46,951 nucleotides of DNA from a virus (IMGVR_UViG_3300025518_000032:1-46951); one strand, 5' to 3'; shown: positions 27,164 to 35,682, counted from the stretch's first letter. Made by a program: numbers and translations. Notes: generated by a model not told the origin, from the sequence alone.

Positions 27164-28282
27164 TCACCCCGCTTCGCGCATCGGCCCGTCGCGCGCGCCT
27201 TCGCCGTGCTGCGCGGCCGATGGCGGCCATTCGCTCGGCTTGACGACCGAATCCTCCCAAGCCCCGACGCGGTGAAACTTCAGCGCCTCGCCGTCGTAAC
27301 GCGCCCAAGCGGCGGCCTGCGGCGTGCCTTTGCGCACGACGACCCCGCCGTATTTCTGCCGCTGCAGTTCATGGGTTTTCGCCTTCGCCTCAGCGATACG
27401 CTGGCGCTCCGCATCGACGCGCGCCGACGCGCTCTGCGCCGGCGCATCGAAGACCTGCCACCCCTTCCCGGAGAGCCACGTCTTGGCGTGCGATATCTTG
27501 CGGTCGCGCTGGACGCAGGCGTCGATATAGCGCGCCGCGCTCGCGACGGCCGCGAGCTGCTCGCCGTTCGCGAGTTCCATGAACCGCCGGCGCGCCTCTT
27601 CGGGCTTTTCGGTCGCATCCCATGGCCACGCCCCGCGGAATTTCTCCCAGCGCGCGAGCCGCGCGCCATCCTCGTCAGGCTCGACGCTCCCGCACCTTCG
27701 CCGGCTCGCCTCACCGTCGCCGTTCGTTGTTTCGGAAAGCGAAGCTTCAACCCCCTCTCCCTCCCCCCGGAGGGGGGGTAGGGGGGGATTGGTTATTTGA
27801 TGGTTAGTTAGTGGTTCTACACCGCACAGTTGCGGTGTGGTTTCGTTTCCCCTGCGGTGTGGTTTCGTTTCCCCTGCGGTCTGGTCCACACCGCAACTTG
27901 CGGTGTGGTGAACAGCGTTTTCGTCATTTTCCATTCGTTCTTCCGACTGGCTTTCGGCCAGCGCCGAGGGCGTCCAGCCGTTCGCCATTGCATGCCGCCG
28001 CGAGGCCTCGTCGACAAGCAGACAATAGTAATTTGTCAGTCTTCGCCCGTCGGTATGCTTGCGCCGAACGACGAAGATCAATTCATGTTCGACTAAATTC
28101 TTGAGTCGGCGCTGCACCGTGTCTTCCGAAAGATTGGTGATCGCCGCGAGCGTCGCCAGCGACGGGAAGCAGGTCTGATGTTCGTCGGCGTATTGGGCGA
28201 GCGTCAGTAGCACGTGCCGCGCGCCAGCGCAGACGTTGGCGTCGCGGATCGCGCAGGCCCAATTGAGCGCCGAGAAACTCAT
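27164..28282 (-). CDS. Replication initiator (HTH_36 N-terminus)
   Basis: VLLTLAQYADE..CFPSLATLA..LSEDTVQR; internal iterons; HAKTWL. Confidence 0.8.
   Translation of the reverse strand: MSFSALNWACAIRDANVCAGARHVLLTLAQYADEHQTCFPSLATLAAITNLSEDTVQRRLKNLVEHELIFVVRRKHTDGRRLTNYYCLLVDEASRRHAMANGWTPSALAESQSEERMENDENAVHHTASCGVDQTAGETKPHRRGNETTPQLCGVEPLTNHQITNPPLPPLRGEGEGVEASLSETTNGDGEASRRRCGSVEPDEDGARLARWEKFRGAWPWDATEKPEEARRRFMELANGEQLAAVASAARYIDACVQRDRKISHAKTWLSGKGWQVFDAPAQSASARVDAERQRIAEAKAKTHELQRQKYGGVVVRKGTPQAAAWARYDGEALKFHRVGAWEDSVVKPSEWPPSAAQHGEGARDGPMREAG
27819..27910. repeat. Iterons/origin inside the initiator gene
   Basis: 22-bp tgcggtgtggtttcgtttcccc x2, further tgcggt(g/c)tggt copies, two caccgca-tgcggtg palindromes, adjacent AT-rich tract. 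Confidence 0.75.
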
Positions 28283-28294
28283 CGCGCCGCTGGC

Positions 28295-28642
28295 CTATTC
28301 GCCGCGCTGCGCAGCGCGCGTGGCTGCTATTTCTGCATAAAAGCGTTCGCGAGCCGCTTCTGGATCTGCACGCCATCCCCGCGCCAATTCATTGCACGGC
28401 AAAACAACTAAAAGGCCGGGCTCGACGTCGACGATCAATCCACGTCCGGCAAGCCATGTCATTTGATCTCGTAGGGTTTCGACCGTCATCTCCGCGCGAT
28501 CAGCTACCCATTTCTTAAAACTTTCGCTCAGCGCGCACTCGCCTTCCTCGCCAGCCGCGTCCGCTAGGAAGATCAAAACAAGTTTTGCCTCCGGAGACCC
28601 TGCCTTTTGTTGCCACGCCCACGACACTGCCTGCATGCTCAT
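28295..28642 (-). CDS. HTH_36-like protein, short relative of the initiator N-terminus
   Basis: MSMQAVSWAW..AKLVLIFLADAA. Confidence 0.7.
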   Translation of the reverse strand: MSMQAVSWAWQQKAGSPEAKLVLIFLADAAGEEGECALSESFKKWVADRAEMTVETLRDQMTWLAGRGLIVDVEPGLLVVLPCNELARGWRADPEAARERFYAEIAATRAAQRGE

Positions 28643-28654
28643 TTGATCTTCCTT

Positions 28655-28879
28655 TCAGTTTGAAGTTGTCGCCGCCACCGCATTGAACGCGCGGCGGATC
28701 GCATATTGGCGGGCGACGCTGACAAGCGTCATCACGATCGTCGCGACAATATTGTCCCGCAGTGAAAGAACGACGCCGAAGAGCGGCAGCACATAAGCCG
28801 TCGCCAGCACGGAAACGGCGAGGCCGGCGATTGTGTTGACGATGGATTCGATAAGCGAATGCGCGCGCGATTGGCTCAC
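28655..28879 (-). CDS. Small 2-TM phage membrane protein
   Basis: MSQSRAHSLIES...YAIRRAFN. Confidence 0.7.
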   Translation of the reverse strand: MSQSRAHSLIESIVNTIAGLAVSVLATAYVLPLFGVVLSLRDNIVATIVMTLVSVARQYAIRRAFNAVAATTSN

Positions 28880-29337
28880 TGTCGCGCCTCCATTTCGCGC
28901 TTAAGTTGGCGCACGAAAGAGGCGGCGGCTTCTTCGCCATGCGATCCCGCAACGTCGAGATAGTCGTCGACAAGCGCGCTCGGCACCCATTTCGGCACTT
29001 CGACGACGCAACCGCGTTTCGCGCGTTTGATATTGACCGACATGCGGGCGCGCACCTCTGGATCGGCCAACGCCTTCTTGCTGGCCTCCGACATGCGGGC
29101 GCGCACCTCTGGATCGGCCAACGCCTTCTTGCTGGCCTCCGACATGCGGGCGCGCACCTCTGGATCGGCCAACGCCTTCTTGCGGGCCTCCGACATGCGG
29201 GCGCGCACCTCTGGATCGGCCAACGCCTTCTTGCTGGCCTCCGACATGCGGGCGCGCACCTCTGGATCGGCCCACGCCTTCTTGCGGGCCTCCGACATCT
29301 TTCGGCGTGTGGCCCATGAATGAGGAGTTCGCTTCAC
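28876..29337 (-). CDS. NUMOD3-like repeat DNA-binding protein without nuclease domain
   Basis: HSWATRRKMSEA plus 5x MSEA(S/R)KKA(L/W)ADPEVRAR. Confidence 0.65.
   Translation of the reverse strand: MKRTPHSWATRRKMSEARKKAWADPEVRARMSEASKKALADPEVRARMSEARKKALADPEVRARMSEASKKALADPEVRARMSEASKKALADPEVRARMSVNIKRAKRGCVVEVPKWVPSALVDDYLDVAGSHGEEAAASFVRQLKREMEARQ
29037..29298. repeat. 51-bp tandem repeat, 5 near-identical copies
   Basis: Units start at 29037, 29088, 29139, 29190, 29241. Confidence 0.95.
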
Positions 29338-30110
29338 TGCCGCTCCTCCATGCCGCAGGCCTTCAGCGCGCGCAGGAGAAGGTCGTAACAGCCGCGGCGC
29401 GTGCGGTGATGGCCTTCCGCCAACGCAACGATCATCTCTTCGTCTTCGCCGGCCATGGCGCGATTGATCTCTGCGCCATCCGACGTCACGCTGCCCTTGC
29501 GCCAGGCGGCTTTAAGCGCGCCTTTGTGAGGTCGGCATTTCGTCATCACGACCGCGTAATCCGCCGTCCCGTTCGGATGATCGGCGTAAATCACGCCATA
29601 TTTCTTGTCGGGTAGGGCACGCTGTTTGCCGGCGAGTTCAGCCTCGCGCCGAGCGCGACGCTCGGCTTTCGTCCCCTCCGCGATGAGGGCCATGGAGACG
29701 CGCTCGCCTTCCTGGCTGACACGATCCCGCCAAGCGCCTATATGCTGCTCGAACTTCTCGCATGGAACGGCCGCAAGCTTGCGCGCGCGGTTCGCTAGGC
29801 TCTTGTCTATACCGACCTCGGCAAGAGATGGATTCTTTGGAATCGGGTTTTCATCTAACCCGATTTTGTCTGAGCGCCGACCCGCTGACGCCATGAGTCC
29901 GGCGCAGCGCTGCGCCTCCATAAGTTCGCCAATATGGCGCTCGGCGCGCAGACGGATCTCCGCTGCGTCGACCTCGAGTTGTTTGTTTTTCGCCTGCCTA
30001 GCGTAAAGCTTCATCGCCGTCGCCTTATTGGCGATGTCCTTGACCTCGTCGACGCTCTTCGCTTCGGCGATGGCGCGGCAAGCCGCCTCATAGCGGATGA
30101 GCTGCGTCAT
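29334..30110 (-). pseudogene. Truncated/chimeric MT-A70-type methyltransferase
   Basis: Typical N-terminus up to LPDKKYGVIYAD, then HPNG instead of PPW and an unrelated tail. Confidence 0.55.
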
Positions 30111-30916
30111 TGGGTTTTCTCCAATGCGCGCGACATATATTCGGCGATTTCGCTTTCCGATATAATCTCACGAATGCTGGTGTTGCGATCGGCTGGGACG
30201 CCAGCATCGCGGATCAACCGCAAGAGCTCTAGCTCGATAGCGTTCTCGCGGATCAGTCGATCCAGCTGCGACCAGCGGATATCACCGAGCGCTTGTCCAT
30301 TGCGTAGCTCCGTCGCATTAAAAATTCCGGTAGGGCGAGCTTCATCATTTTTCTGCGTGGCGACTTTCTTGATCGCCATTTCAGGATCAGGAATCGCAAG
30401 AAGCTTCTCTTGATCGTCGACTGAAAATTTGGCGATCTTCTCGGCAACTGAGACAGCAATCCTCCCTTGATCGACCGCGGCGGTGAGGCCCTCAACGCCC
30501 TTATCGATGACTTTGCGCGCGCTGCGAAGGCTGCGCTCGCTGACATTGGTGAGTTTTGCAGCTTCGGCCTGAGAAATTAATTTGCCGTGGAATTTTGAAC
30601 AGACGTCTGTTCGTTCGCCTCGGCGCATATTCGCCATGCGTGCCGCGACCATGGCGCGCTGTGACTCGTCGAGCATGCGCCGCCGCAGATTGAGTGAGAC
30701 CACATAGGCAATAGGATCAGCGCCGCTGAAAATCTCAAAGACCGGATCGACGCCAGCCTCAAGACAAGCGCGGTAGCGGTTGCGCCCGTCGAGGATCATG
30801 CCGTCATAAAGCTTGATCTTCTCCCGCAATCCCTGTGCGCGAATGTCGGCGGTGAGCGCGGCAAAATCATCACCGTCGATGAGTGGGAAAATATTGGCGA
30901 GCGGATGGAATTCCAT
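30107..30916 (-). CDS. ParB/Srx N-terminal domain protein with HTH
   Basis: FHPLANIFP, ILDGRNRYRAC, SLNLRRR.LDESQRA. Confidence 0.82.
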   Translation of the reverse strand: MEFHPLANIFPLIDGDDFAALTADIRAQGLREKIKLYDGMILDGRNRYRACLEAGVDPVFEIFSGADPIAYVVSLNLRRRMLDESQRAMVAARMANMRRGERTDVCSKFHGKLISQAEAAKLTNVSERSLRSARKVIDKGVEGLTAAVDQGRIAVSVAEKIAKFSVDDQEKLLAIPDPEMAIKKVATQKNDEARPTGIFNATELRNGQALGDIRWSQLDRLIRENAIELELLRLIRDAGVPADRNTSIREIISESEIAEYMSRALEKTQ

Positions 30917-31365
30917 CAGACGACGACGCCCTTGTTGCGCGCCGCGGAGATGTAGTTCGTCACGGAATTGGGGTTAATCTCCATGATCTTGGCGACGGCG
31001 TTTCGGTCGCGATGCTTGCGCATCAGCAGCACGGCGCGTCGCTCGCCAGGAGAAAGCCGGGCAAAGGCGGCAGCGTCTTCGGCAGTGTTCGGCCCAGGCG
31101 GCAAGGCGGCGGGCTTTACATGAGAATCGACGCGTAATGGCCTCGACTCTTTTGCGGGTGCAGACTCAACAACCGCGGCGACCGCCTTACTCAGCGGCGG
31201 AAGGTTGATCGGCGCTGCCGTGCTTTCCGCATCCTCGGCCGGCGGATGCACAGCAAAAAAAACGGCCCAAAGCCGTTCGACGAAAGCATCGAGTTCGCCT
31301 TCGTTCTCAAAGCGGCCAGAGACTTCAATCGCGTCGCCGGCGACGCTGATGCGCGACGCGCTCAT
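30916..31365 (-). CDS. Protein with C-terminal LuxR/sigma-4-like HTH
   Basis: LSPGERRAVLL..VAKIMEINPNSVTNYISAARNK. Confidence 0.65.
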   Translation of the reverse strand: MSASRISVAGDAIEVSGRFENEGELDAFVERLWAVFFAVHPPAEDAESTAAPINLPPLSKAVAAVVESAPAKESRPLRVDSHVKPAALPPGPNTAEDAAAFARLSPGERRAVLLMRKHRDRNAVAKIMEINPNSVTNYISAARNKGVVV

Positions 31366-31946
31366 TGCGCCCCTCCTGTTTCACGTGAAGCGAAGCTGAG
31401 CCGCTCCGCTCTCAACTCTTCGAATCGCGATAGGAATTCCGAGCGCGCGTAGAGCGGATCCCAGAACTGCAGCGTCACGCCGAGCGGGTTGTTATCTCCA
31501 GCCCAAGGCATGGGCGGCGGCACCATCAGCTGGCGCGCTTCGTCGGCAAGGATGCGCGTATCGGCGTCTTTGACCGCCCAAGGCTCCAGCGGATCGAGCC
31601 TAAAGCGCTCACAGATCGCCCGCATCACGCGCCGCTCAGCCTCGACATAGCCGAGAATCTGTTTTTTCACGGGTCGCGGCACGTCGACCAGATAGGCTTC
31701 GCTGGCGTCATGCAGCAGCGCCCAGAGCTGAAATCCGGGCGCGACGTAGCGCGACAGCAACACGCTATGTTCGGCGACGGAATAGAAGCGCTGGCAGTGG
31801 CCGCCGAAGCGGCAAAGCTGCGACAGCGCGTGCGCAATGTCTTCGATACAGACGTCTTCGGCGTGCGGATCGAGCGGATAAAAGGCGCGGCCGGAATAGG
31901 TCTGGATCCAGTCGCCGCGCAGCCAGGATTGTTTCGCTCGGCTCAT
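31362..31946 (-). CDS. HD-domain phosphohydrolase (YfbR/YfdR-like)
   Basis: DIAHALS..CRFGGH, YSVAEHS, LLHDASEAY. Confidence 0.88.
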   Translation of the reverse strand: MSRAKQSWLRGDWIQTYSGRAFYPLDPHAEDVCIEDIAHALSQLCRFGGHCQRFYSVAEHSVLLSRYVAPGFQLWALLHDASEAYLVDVPRPVKKQILGYVEAERRVMRAICERFRLDPLEPWAVKDADTRILADEARQLMVPPPMPWAGDNNPLGVTLQFWDPLYARSEFLSRFEELRAERLSFASRETGGAQ

Positions 31947-32875
31947 GGCGCGACGCTCCCCTGCCGGCCGTTCCACTCGGTCTTCACCGGCAATCCGCGC
32001 GCCTCGCACCAAGCCTTGCGCACCTTGGCGCGCTGCGCCGGCGTCTCATAAGCGATGCGCGCGCAATGGGCGCAGTAGACCTTGCCCGGCGCTGTAGGCG
32101 CGCCGCAGAAGACGAAAGCATCGTCGCCGGAGTCGCTGATCTCAAATTTGCAGTCGCTCTCGCGCAGCTCGAGCAGCGTCAGGCGGCGCGGCTCCCAATC
32201 TTCCAGCGTCTCGACCAAATGCGCTTTCGTGGGTTTAGCGCGCCGTGTCGGCGAAACCGCGCGCGCGGTCCTCGGCGTCGGAGCTAGTGATCGATCGCGC
32301 GGCGGCCGGCCGGTCTGCGCCGTGAACGACAAGCCAAGCCGGCGCGCCATGCCGATCACGGAGTTTCGGGTGAACTCGCGCCCGAATTTCGCCGACAGCG
32401 CCGCCGCGGTCGCGGCGCCGGAAAGCCTCTCGACCAAACATGCTTCGCGCAGCGCGGCGAGATGTTCGTCAGGCCATGTGCGCGACTTGCTGATCTCGCG
32501 CAGACCGGCCTCCGCCGCACTGGCGTCGCCGGCGCGCCAGCCGCGCCGCACGCACATCGAAACGATCAGCTTGCGGCTCAGCGGGCGCTTGAGTTTTTCC
32601 GTCAGAAACGCCGCCGCCTGGGTCGGGCCCATGCCCTTGACGAGGATGCAATCGCGCAGCGCCTCGAGGTCTTCGTCAGACCATGCCGGCGCCGACTTTT
32701 CGAGCAGCCCGCGCCGGCGCAGCTTATACAGCGCGAGGCCGACATAGGCGTAATCGAAGCCGGTCTGTTCGGCGATGCTCTTTCGCGTCCCGCCCTGTTT
32801 GGCGAAACGGAGAATCGCCGTCATTTTGGTTTCTTCCCCGGGCGCGATCGCCGCCGGACTCACATGTGCGTTCAT
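31943..32875 (-). CDS. GcrA-family regulator with duplicated N-terminal domain
   Basis: W.DE.L..L..TRNSVIG..RRLGL; C-terminal LLELRESDCKF..FCG..YCAHC. Confidence 0.85.
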   Translation of the reverse strand: MNAHVSPAAIAPGEETKMTAILRFAKQGGTRKSIAEQTGFDYAYVGLALYKLRRRGLLEKSAPAWSDEDLEALRDCILVKGMGPTQAAAFLTEKLKRPLSRKLIVSMCVRRGWRAGDASAAEAGLREISKSRTWPDEHLAALREACLVERLSGAATAAALSAKFGREFTRNSVIGMARRLGLSFTAQTGRPPRDRSLAPTPRTARAVSPTRRAKPTKAHLVETLEDWEPRRLTLLELRESDCKFEISDSGDDAFVFCGAPTAPGKVYCAHCARIAYETPAQRAKVRKAWCEARGLPVKTEWNGRQGSVAP

Positions 32876-33198
32876 AAACTCTCCTCACGCTGTTCGTCGG
32901 ACGCCAATAGATCGAGCGCCGCGCCGATCACGCCGGCGGGCGTCCCGTCATTGGCGCGCGTCACCGCCTTGCGAATGGTTTCGGCCGGGACGCCATGCTG
33001 CAGGCCGATCGAGAGGCAGAGCGCCGCGTCGCGGGCGTCATCCGCCGCGTCGGTCGAGGTCTTCGCCGCGGTGATGAAGATTTCGGCGAGCCCGCCGTCG
33101 TCGAAGCGGCTGTAGCTCAGATGATAGTTTTGGCCGCGAAAGATCATTTCGCAGGTCTCGCCGGCGCGGCGATCGGGCAGGCGGCGGCGCTGGCTCAT
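32872..33198 (-). CDS. Stand-alone TSCPD-like domain (class II RNR C-terminus-like)
   Basis: RRRLPDRR, EIFI, SIGLQHGVP. Confidence 0.7.
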   Translation of the reverse strand: MSQRRRLPDRRAGETCEMIFRGQNYHLSYSRFDDGGLAEIFITAAKTSTDAADDARDAALCLSIGLQHGVPAETIRKAVTRANDGTPAGVIGAALDLLASDEQREESL

Positions 33199-33329
33199 CG
33201 CGCCTTCTTTCGTAGCCATGTGACGGCCAAAAGCAGCGCGTTCGACGTTGCGTTTAAAACCTCGGAAATCCTCAGCAGCGCCGTTTCGCAAAACGCGAAG
33301 ACCAATCGGCGCAATCCGGCAAACCGCAT
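33195..33329 (-). CDS. 44-aa hypothetical protein
   Basis: ATGA overlap with next gene. Confidence 0.4.
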   Translation of the reverse strand: MRFAGLRRLVFAFCETALLRISEVLNATSNALLLAVTWLRKKAR

Positions 33330-33396
33330 GTGTTCTTACCTTTTTGGAGGGCCGGAGAGGCCTTACGCGCCACAACTCGCATTCACTTCAAAAACG

Positions 33397-33771
33397 CTAT
33401 GCGCCGCTCAATTCCCGCGCCCGGCGCTGCAACGCGGCGAGCTCCGCCTCAACGCGCGCAAGGCGCGCCGCGCGCACGCTTTCATCCAGCCAGGCGCAGG
33501 AATCCGGCATGACGGCGGCGAGGAACTCAGGGCCATAGGCGGCGGTGAGCGCGATCATCGCGCTGCCGTTCGGCGCGGATGACAGTTCAAGCCATTTTCC
33601 GACCCGGTATTCGCTGAAGCCGATCTTCGACGCGACATGCGCGGCCGTCTTCGTTGGATGCGCGCGCCGCAGAAAAGTTGAGACGCGCTGGACCAAAACT
33701 TTGGGAGGCTCTTCCGACGACATTCCGCTCTCTCCACGCGATATTGATCGCGTGGATGGTTGTTCGGACAT
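33397..33771 (-). CDS. CII-like HTH regulator
   Basis: TAAHVASKIG..VGKWLE..AYGPEFL; position downstream of cro; start uncertain. Confidence 0.6.
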   Translation of the reverse strand: MSEQPSTRSISRGESGMSSEEPPKVLVQRVSTFLRRAHPTKTAAHVASKIGFSEYRVGKWLELSSAPNGSAMIALTAAYGPEFLAAVMPDSCAWLDESVRAARLARVEAELAALQRRARELSGA

Positions 33772-33863
33772 GCGGTCCGAGAGATCGAATGTTGAGAGTG
33801 AAGAGTAAGTCATCAGCCCCAGTGACGCTCAAAGCGAAGTTTCACATGCCACTATTCAAACGC

Positions 33864-33896
33864 GGGGCGGCGAAAGGTTTTGCGTCCGCCGCCCCA
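33864..33896 (-). terminator. Hairpin, possible early-operon terminator
   Basis: ggggcggcg ... cgccgcccc stem. Confidence 0.35.
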
Positions 33897-34068
33897 AACC
33901 CCTTTACGAAACTCGACGCAACACGACGCGGAGACGCCAATCAGACGCGACGCTATGCAACTCACAACAAACGACATGGCCCGCGAGGGTCGAATTCCGG
34001 AGCGCAGCCCGTAAGTCTTGGCCCTTAGCCCCCAAGGGCGCCGCGCTCACGCCATGTCGAAACAAAAC

Positions 34069-34145
34069 TGGAGCCAGCAGCACGGATTCGAACCTGCGAC
34101 CTGCGGTTTACAAAACCGCTGCTCTACCTGCTGAGCTATGCCGGC
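34069..34145 (-). tRNA. tRNA-Thr(UGU), phage-encoded, with CCA
   Basis: GCCGGCA/TGCTGGC acceptor stem, GCGGT-TTTGTAA-ACCGC anticodon arm, GGTTCGAATCC; one bulged base in the T-stem. Confidence 0.9.
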
Positions 34146-34158
34146 AAACCAAACCCCC

Positions 34159-34240
34159 AAAAGAGCCGGGCGCGAACGCCCGGCAGTTAAGGGAGGAAAC
34201 GCCCAAGGAGGGCTCAACGAAGCGTCGCCGCTCTCACTGC
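34159..34240 (-). ncRNA. suhB/MmgR (alpha-r8)-like small RNA
   Basis: GCCCTCCTTGGGC hairpin, TTTCCTCCCT, terminator GCCGGGC..GCCCGGC-TCTTTT; 5' end uncertain. Confidence 0.7.
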
Positions 34241-34311
34241 AACGCCAGGGCCGCACATTCCTTGCGGCGCAGGACAACGCGGCGGGATGTCGAAACCGCC
34301 GCGAAGCTCGT

Positions 34312-34455
34312 TCAGCCCAGCCCGAAGACGAGGCGAGCGGCCTCATCGAGCGCGAGTTTGCCGAAATACAGAAACAGGCCGAGCGCGAGACCGGCGCAGC
34401 CAATGAGGGCCAGCGAGGCGCGCGTGCTCAGATGCAAATCGTCGGGATCGGTCAT
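34312..34455 (-). CDS. 47-aa TM protein
   Basis: ASLALIGCAGLALGLFLYF; ATGA coupling. Confidence 0.5.
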   Translation of the reverse strand: MTDPDDLHLSTRASLALIGCAGLALGLFLYFGKLALDEAARLVFGLG

Positions 34456-34550
34456 GCCAGCCTCGCCAGAAAGTCGATGAGAAAGCCGAGTCCAAAAAAA
34501 AGCGCGCCGAGCATGACGCCGACGCTGAATGTGTTGTGGCTCCGCCTCAT
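34452..34550 (-). CDS. 32-aa TM micro-protein (MRRSHNTFSVGVMLGALFFGLGFLIDFLARLA)
   Basis: GGAGGT RBS; ATGA overlap. Confidence 0.55.
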   Translation of the reverse strand: MRRSHNTFSVGVMLGALFFGLGFLIDFLARLA

Positions 34551-34619
34551 GGCGCGACCTCCGCCTCTTCGCGCCGGCAGCGACCGTCAAGACTTCGGCG
34601 CGATGCAGGACGTGGCTCG

Positions 34620-34883
34620 TCATTGAGCCGCCTCGGTGAAAGGGGAGGCTTCCTTGCAACCTTGCTCGACACTGTCGGGGACGCGGAAAAACCACGAGTC
34701 ATCCCACTGGATTCCCCGTTCGATCGCCGCTTTGCGGATATTTTCCATGTGCTCGCGCGTCGGTTCCGTCACGCCATTTTCCCAGCGGGAAACGAGCGTC
34801 TGCGATGTTCCGGCAATCACCGCGAACTCGGCTTGCTTGAGCTTGAAAATGTCCGTGCGGATGCATTCGAGCGGGGTCTTCAT
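34620..34883 (-). CDS. cro: Cro-like HTH repressor
   Basis: LKQAEFAVIAGTSQTLVSRWENG; divergent from CI. Confidence 0.85.
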   Translation of the reverse strand: MKTPLECIRTDIFKLKQAEFAVIAGTSQTLVSRWENGVTEPTREHMENIRKAAIERGIQWDDSWFFRVPDSVEQGCKEASPFTEAAQ

Positions 34884-34892
34884 AGCTCGCAT

Positions 34893-34941
34893 ATTATGCG
34901 CATACGAATTTCTGTCAACAGGATTTTATTCGTGAGCGCAT
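34893..34941. promoter_or_regulatory. OR operators and PR promoter
   Basis: ATTCGTATGCGCAT (minus strand, 34896-34909) and ATTCGTGAGCGCAT (34928-34941); TTGACA on minus strand at 34914-34919. Confidence 0.75.
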
Positions 34942-34979
34942 TTGCCAACCTACAGCAGAGCGCGGCTATCGATGTTGCT

Positions 34980-35591
34980 ATGAAAGACGCTCTGCTTCGA
35001 AAGAAAATCCTATCTCGAAAAATTTACGCGCTGAGGACGTCGCTGGGCATGAACCAGGCGGCGTTCGCACAGCATGTCGGGGTCACCCAGTCACGGGTCT
35101 CGAAATGGGAAAACGACCGCGACCCGGAAAGCCCGGGACCAGAAAATTTGAGACGACTCGCGCGGGCGGCAAAAAAGACTGTGGACGAATTTTTAGAAAT
35201 GCAGGAGCATGTCATGCGCGTTCCGATTATTGGTTTTATTGGGGTTGGGGCAACAATGACTTTCTATCAGGGGAATCGGGAAGATTTCGAAACTATCGAG
35301 GCGCCCAAGGGCGCAACCGCAGCGACCGTCGCCGCCGAAGTGCAAGATGACTCATTGGGGATCGGCTGCATCGGGTGGCATGCTTTCTATGACGAAGTAA
35401 AAAGCTCGCCGGACGATGAGATGATTGGCCGCATGTGTGTGGTCGGATTGGCTGACGGGAGAATTCTCGTTAGGCGGCTTGAGATCGGCCAGATATCTGG
35501 AAAATACAACCTGTTCGCGATCATCGGCCCGCCAATGTATGATGTTTCAGTGGTTTGGGCCTCGAAGGTGCGCCACCTCTCGCAAAACTGA
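34980..35591 (+). CDS. cI: CI-like repressor (HTH + degenerate S24 domain)
   Basis: MNQAAFAQHVGVTQSRVSKWE; VPIIG, DDSL, DGRILVRRL. Confidence 0.88.
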   Translation: MKDALLRKKILSRKIYALRTSLGMNQAAFAQHVGVTQSRVSKWENDRDPESPGPENLRRLARAAKKTVDEFLEMQEHVMRVPIIGFIGVGATMTFYQGNREDFETIEAPKGATAATVAAEVQDDSLGIGCIGWHAFYDEVKSSPDDEMIGRMCVVGLADGRILVRRLEIGQISGKYNLFAIIGPPMYDVSVVWASKVRHLSQN

Positions 35592-35596
35592 CGCTT

Positions 35597-35648
35597 ATTC
35601 GCATGCGCATTTTTGCGTTGACATGAATATTCGTATGCGCATATTATT
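35597..35648 (+). promoter_or_regulatory. OL operators and PL promoter
   Basis: ATTCGCATGCGCAT 35597-35610, ATTCGTATGCGCAT 35629-35642; TTGACA 35618-35623 ... TATTAT. Confidence 0.78.
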
Positions 35649-35682
35649 CCCTTCATAGGCGCTTTGCCTGTGGAGACGCCAG

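Noticed and set aside
29037-29298. CRISPR array
   Set aside because: Contiguous in-frame 51-bp units with no unique spacers, and no cas genes
33960-34050. Second tRNA-like element
   Set aside because: A TTCGA-like motif is present but no cloverleaf could be folded
34536-34979. 351-aa N-terminally extended CI
   Set aside because: Extension overlaps cro and the operators; the HTH begins after ATG 34980
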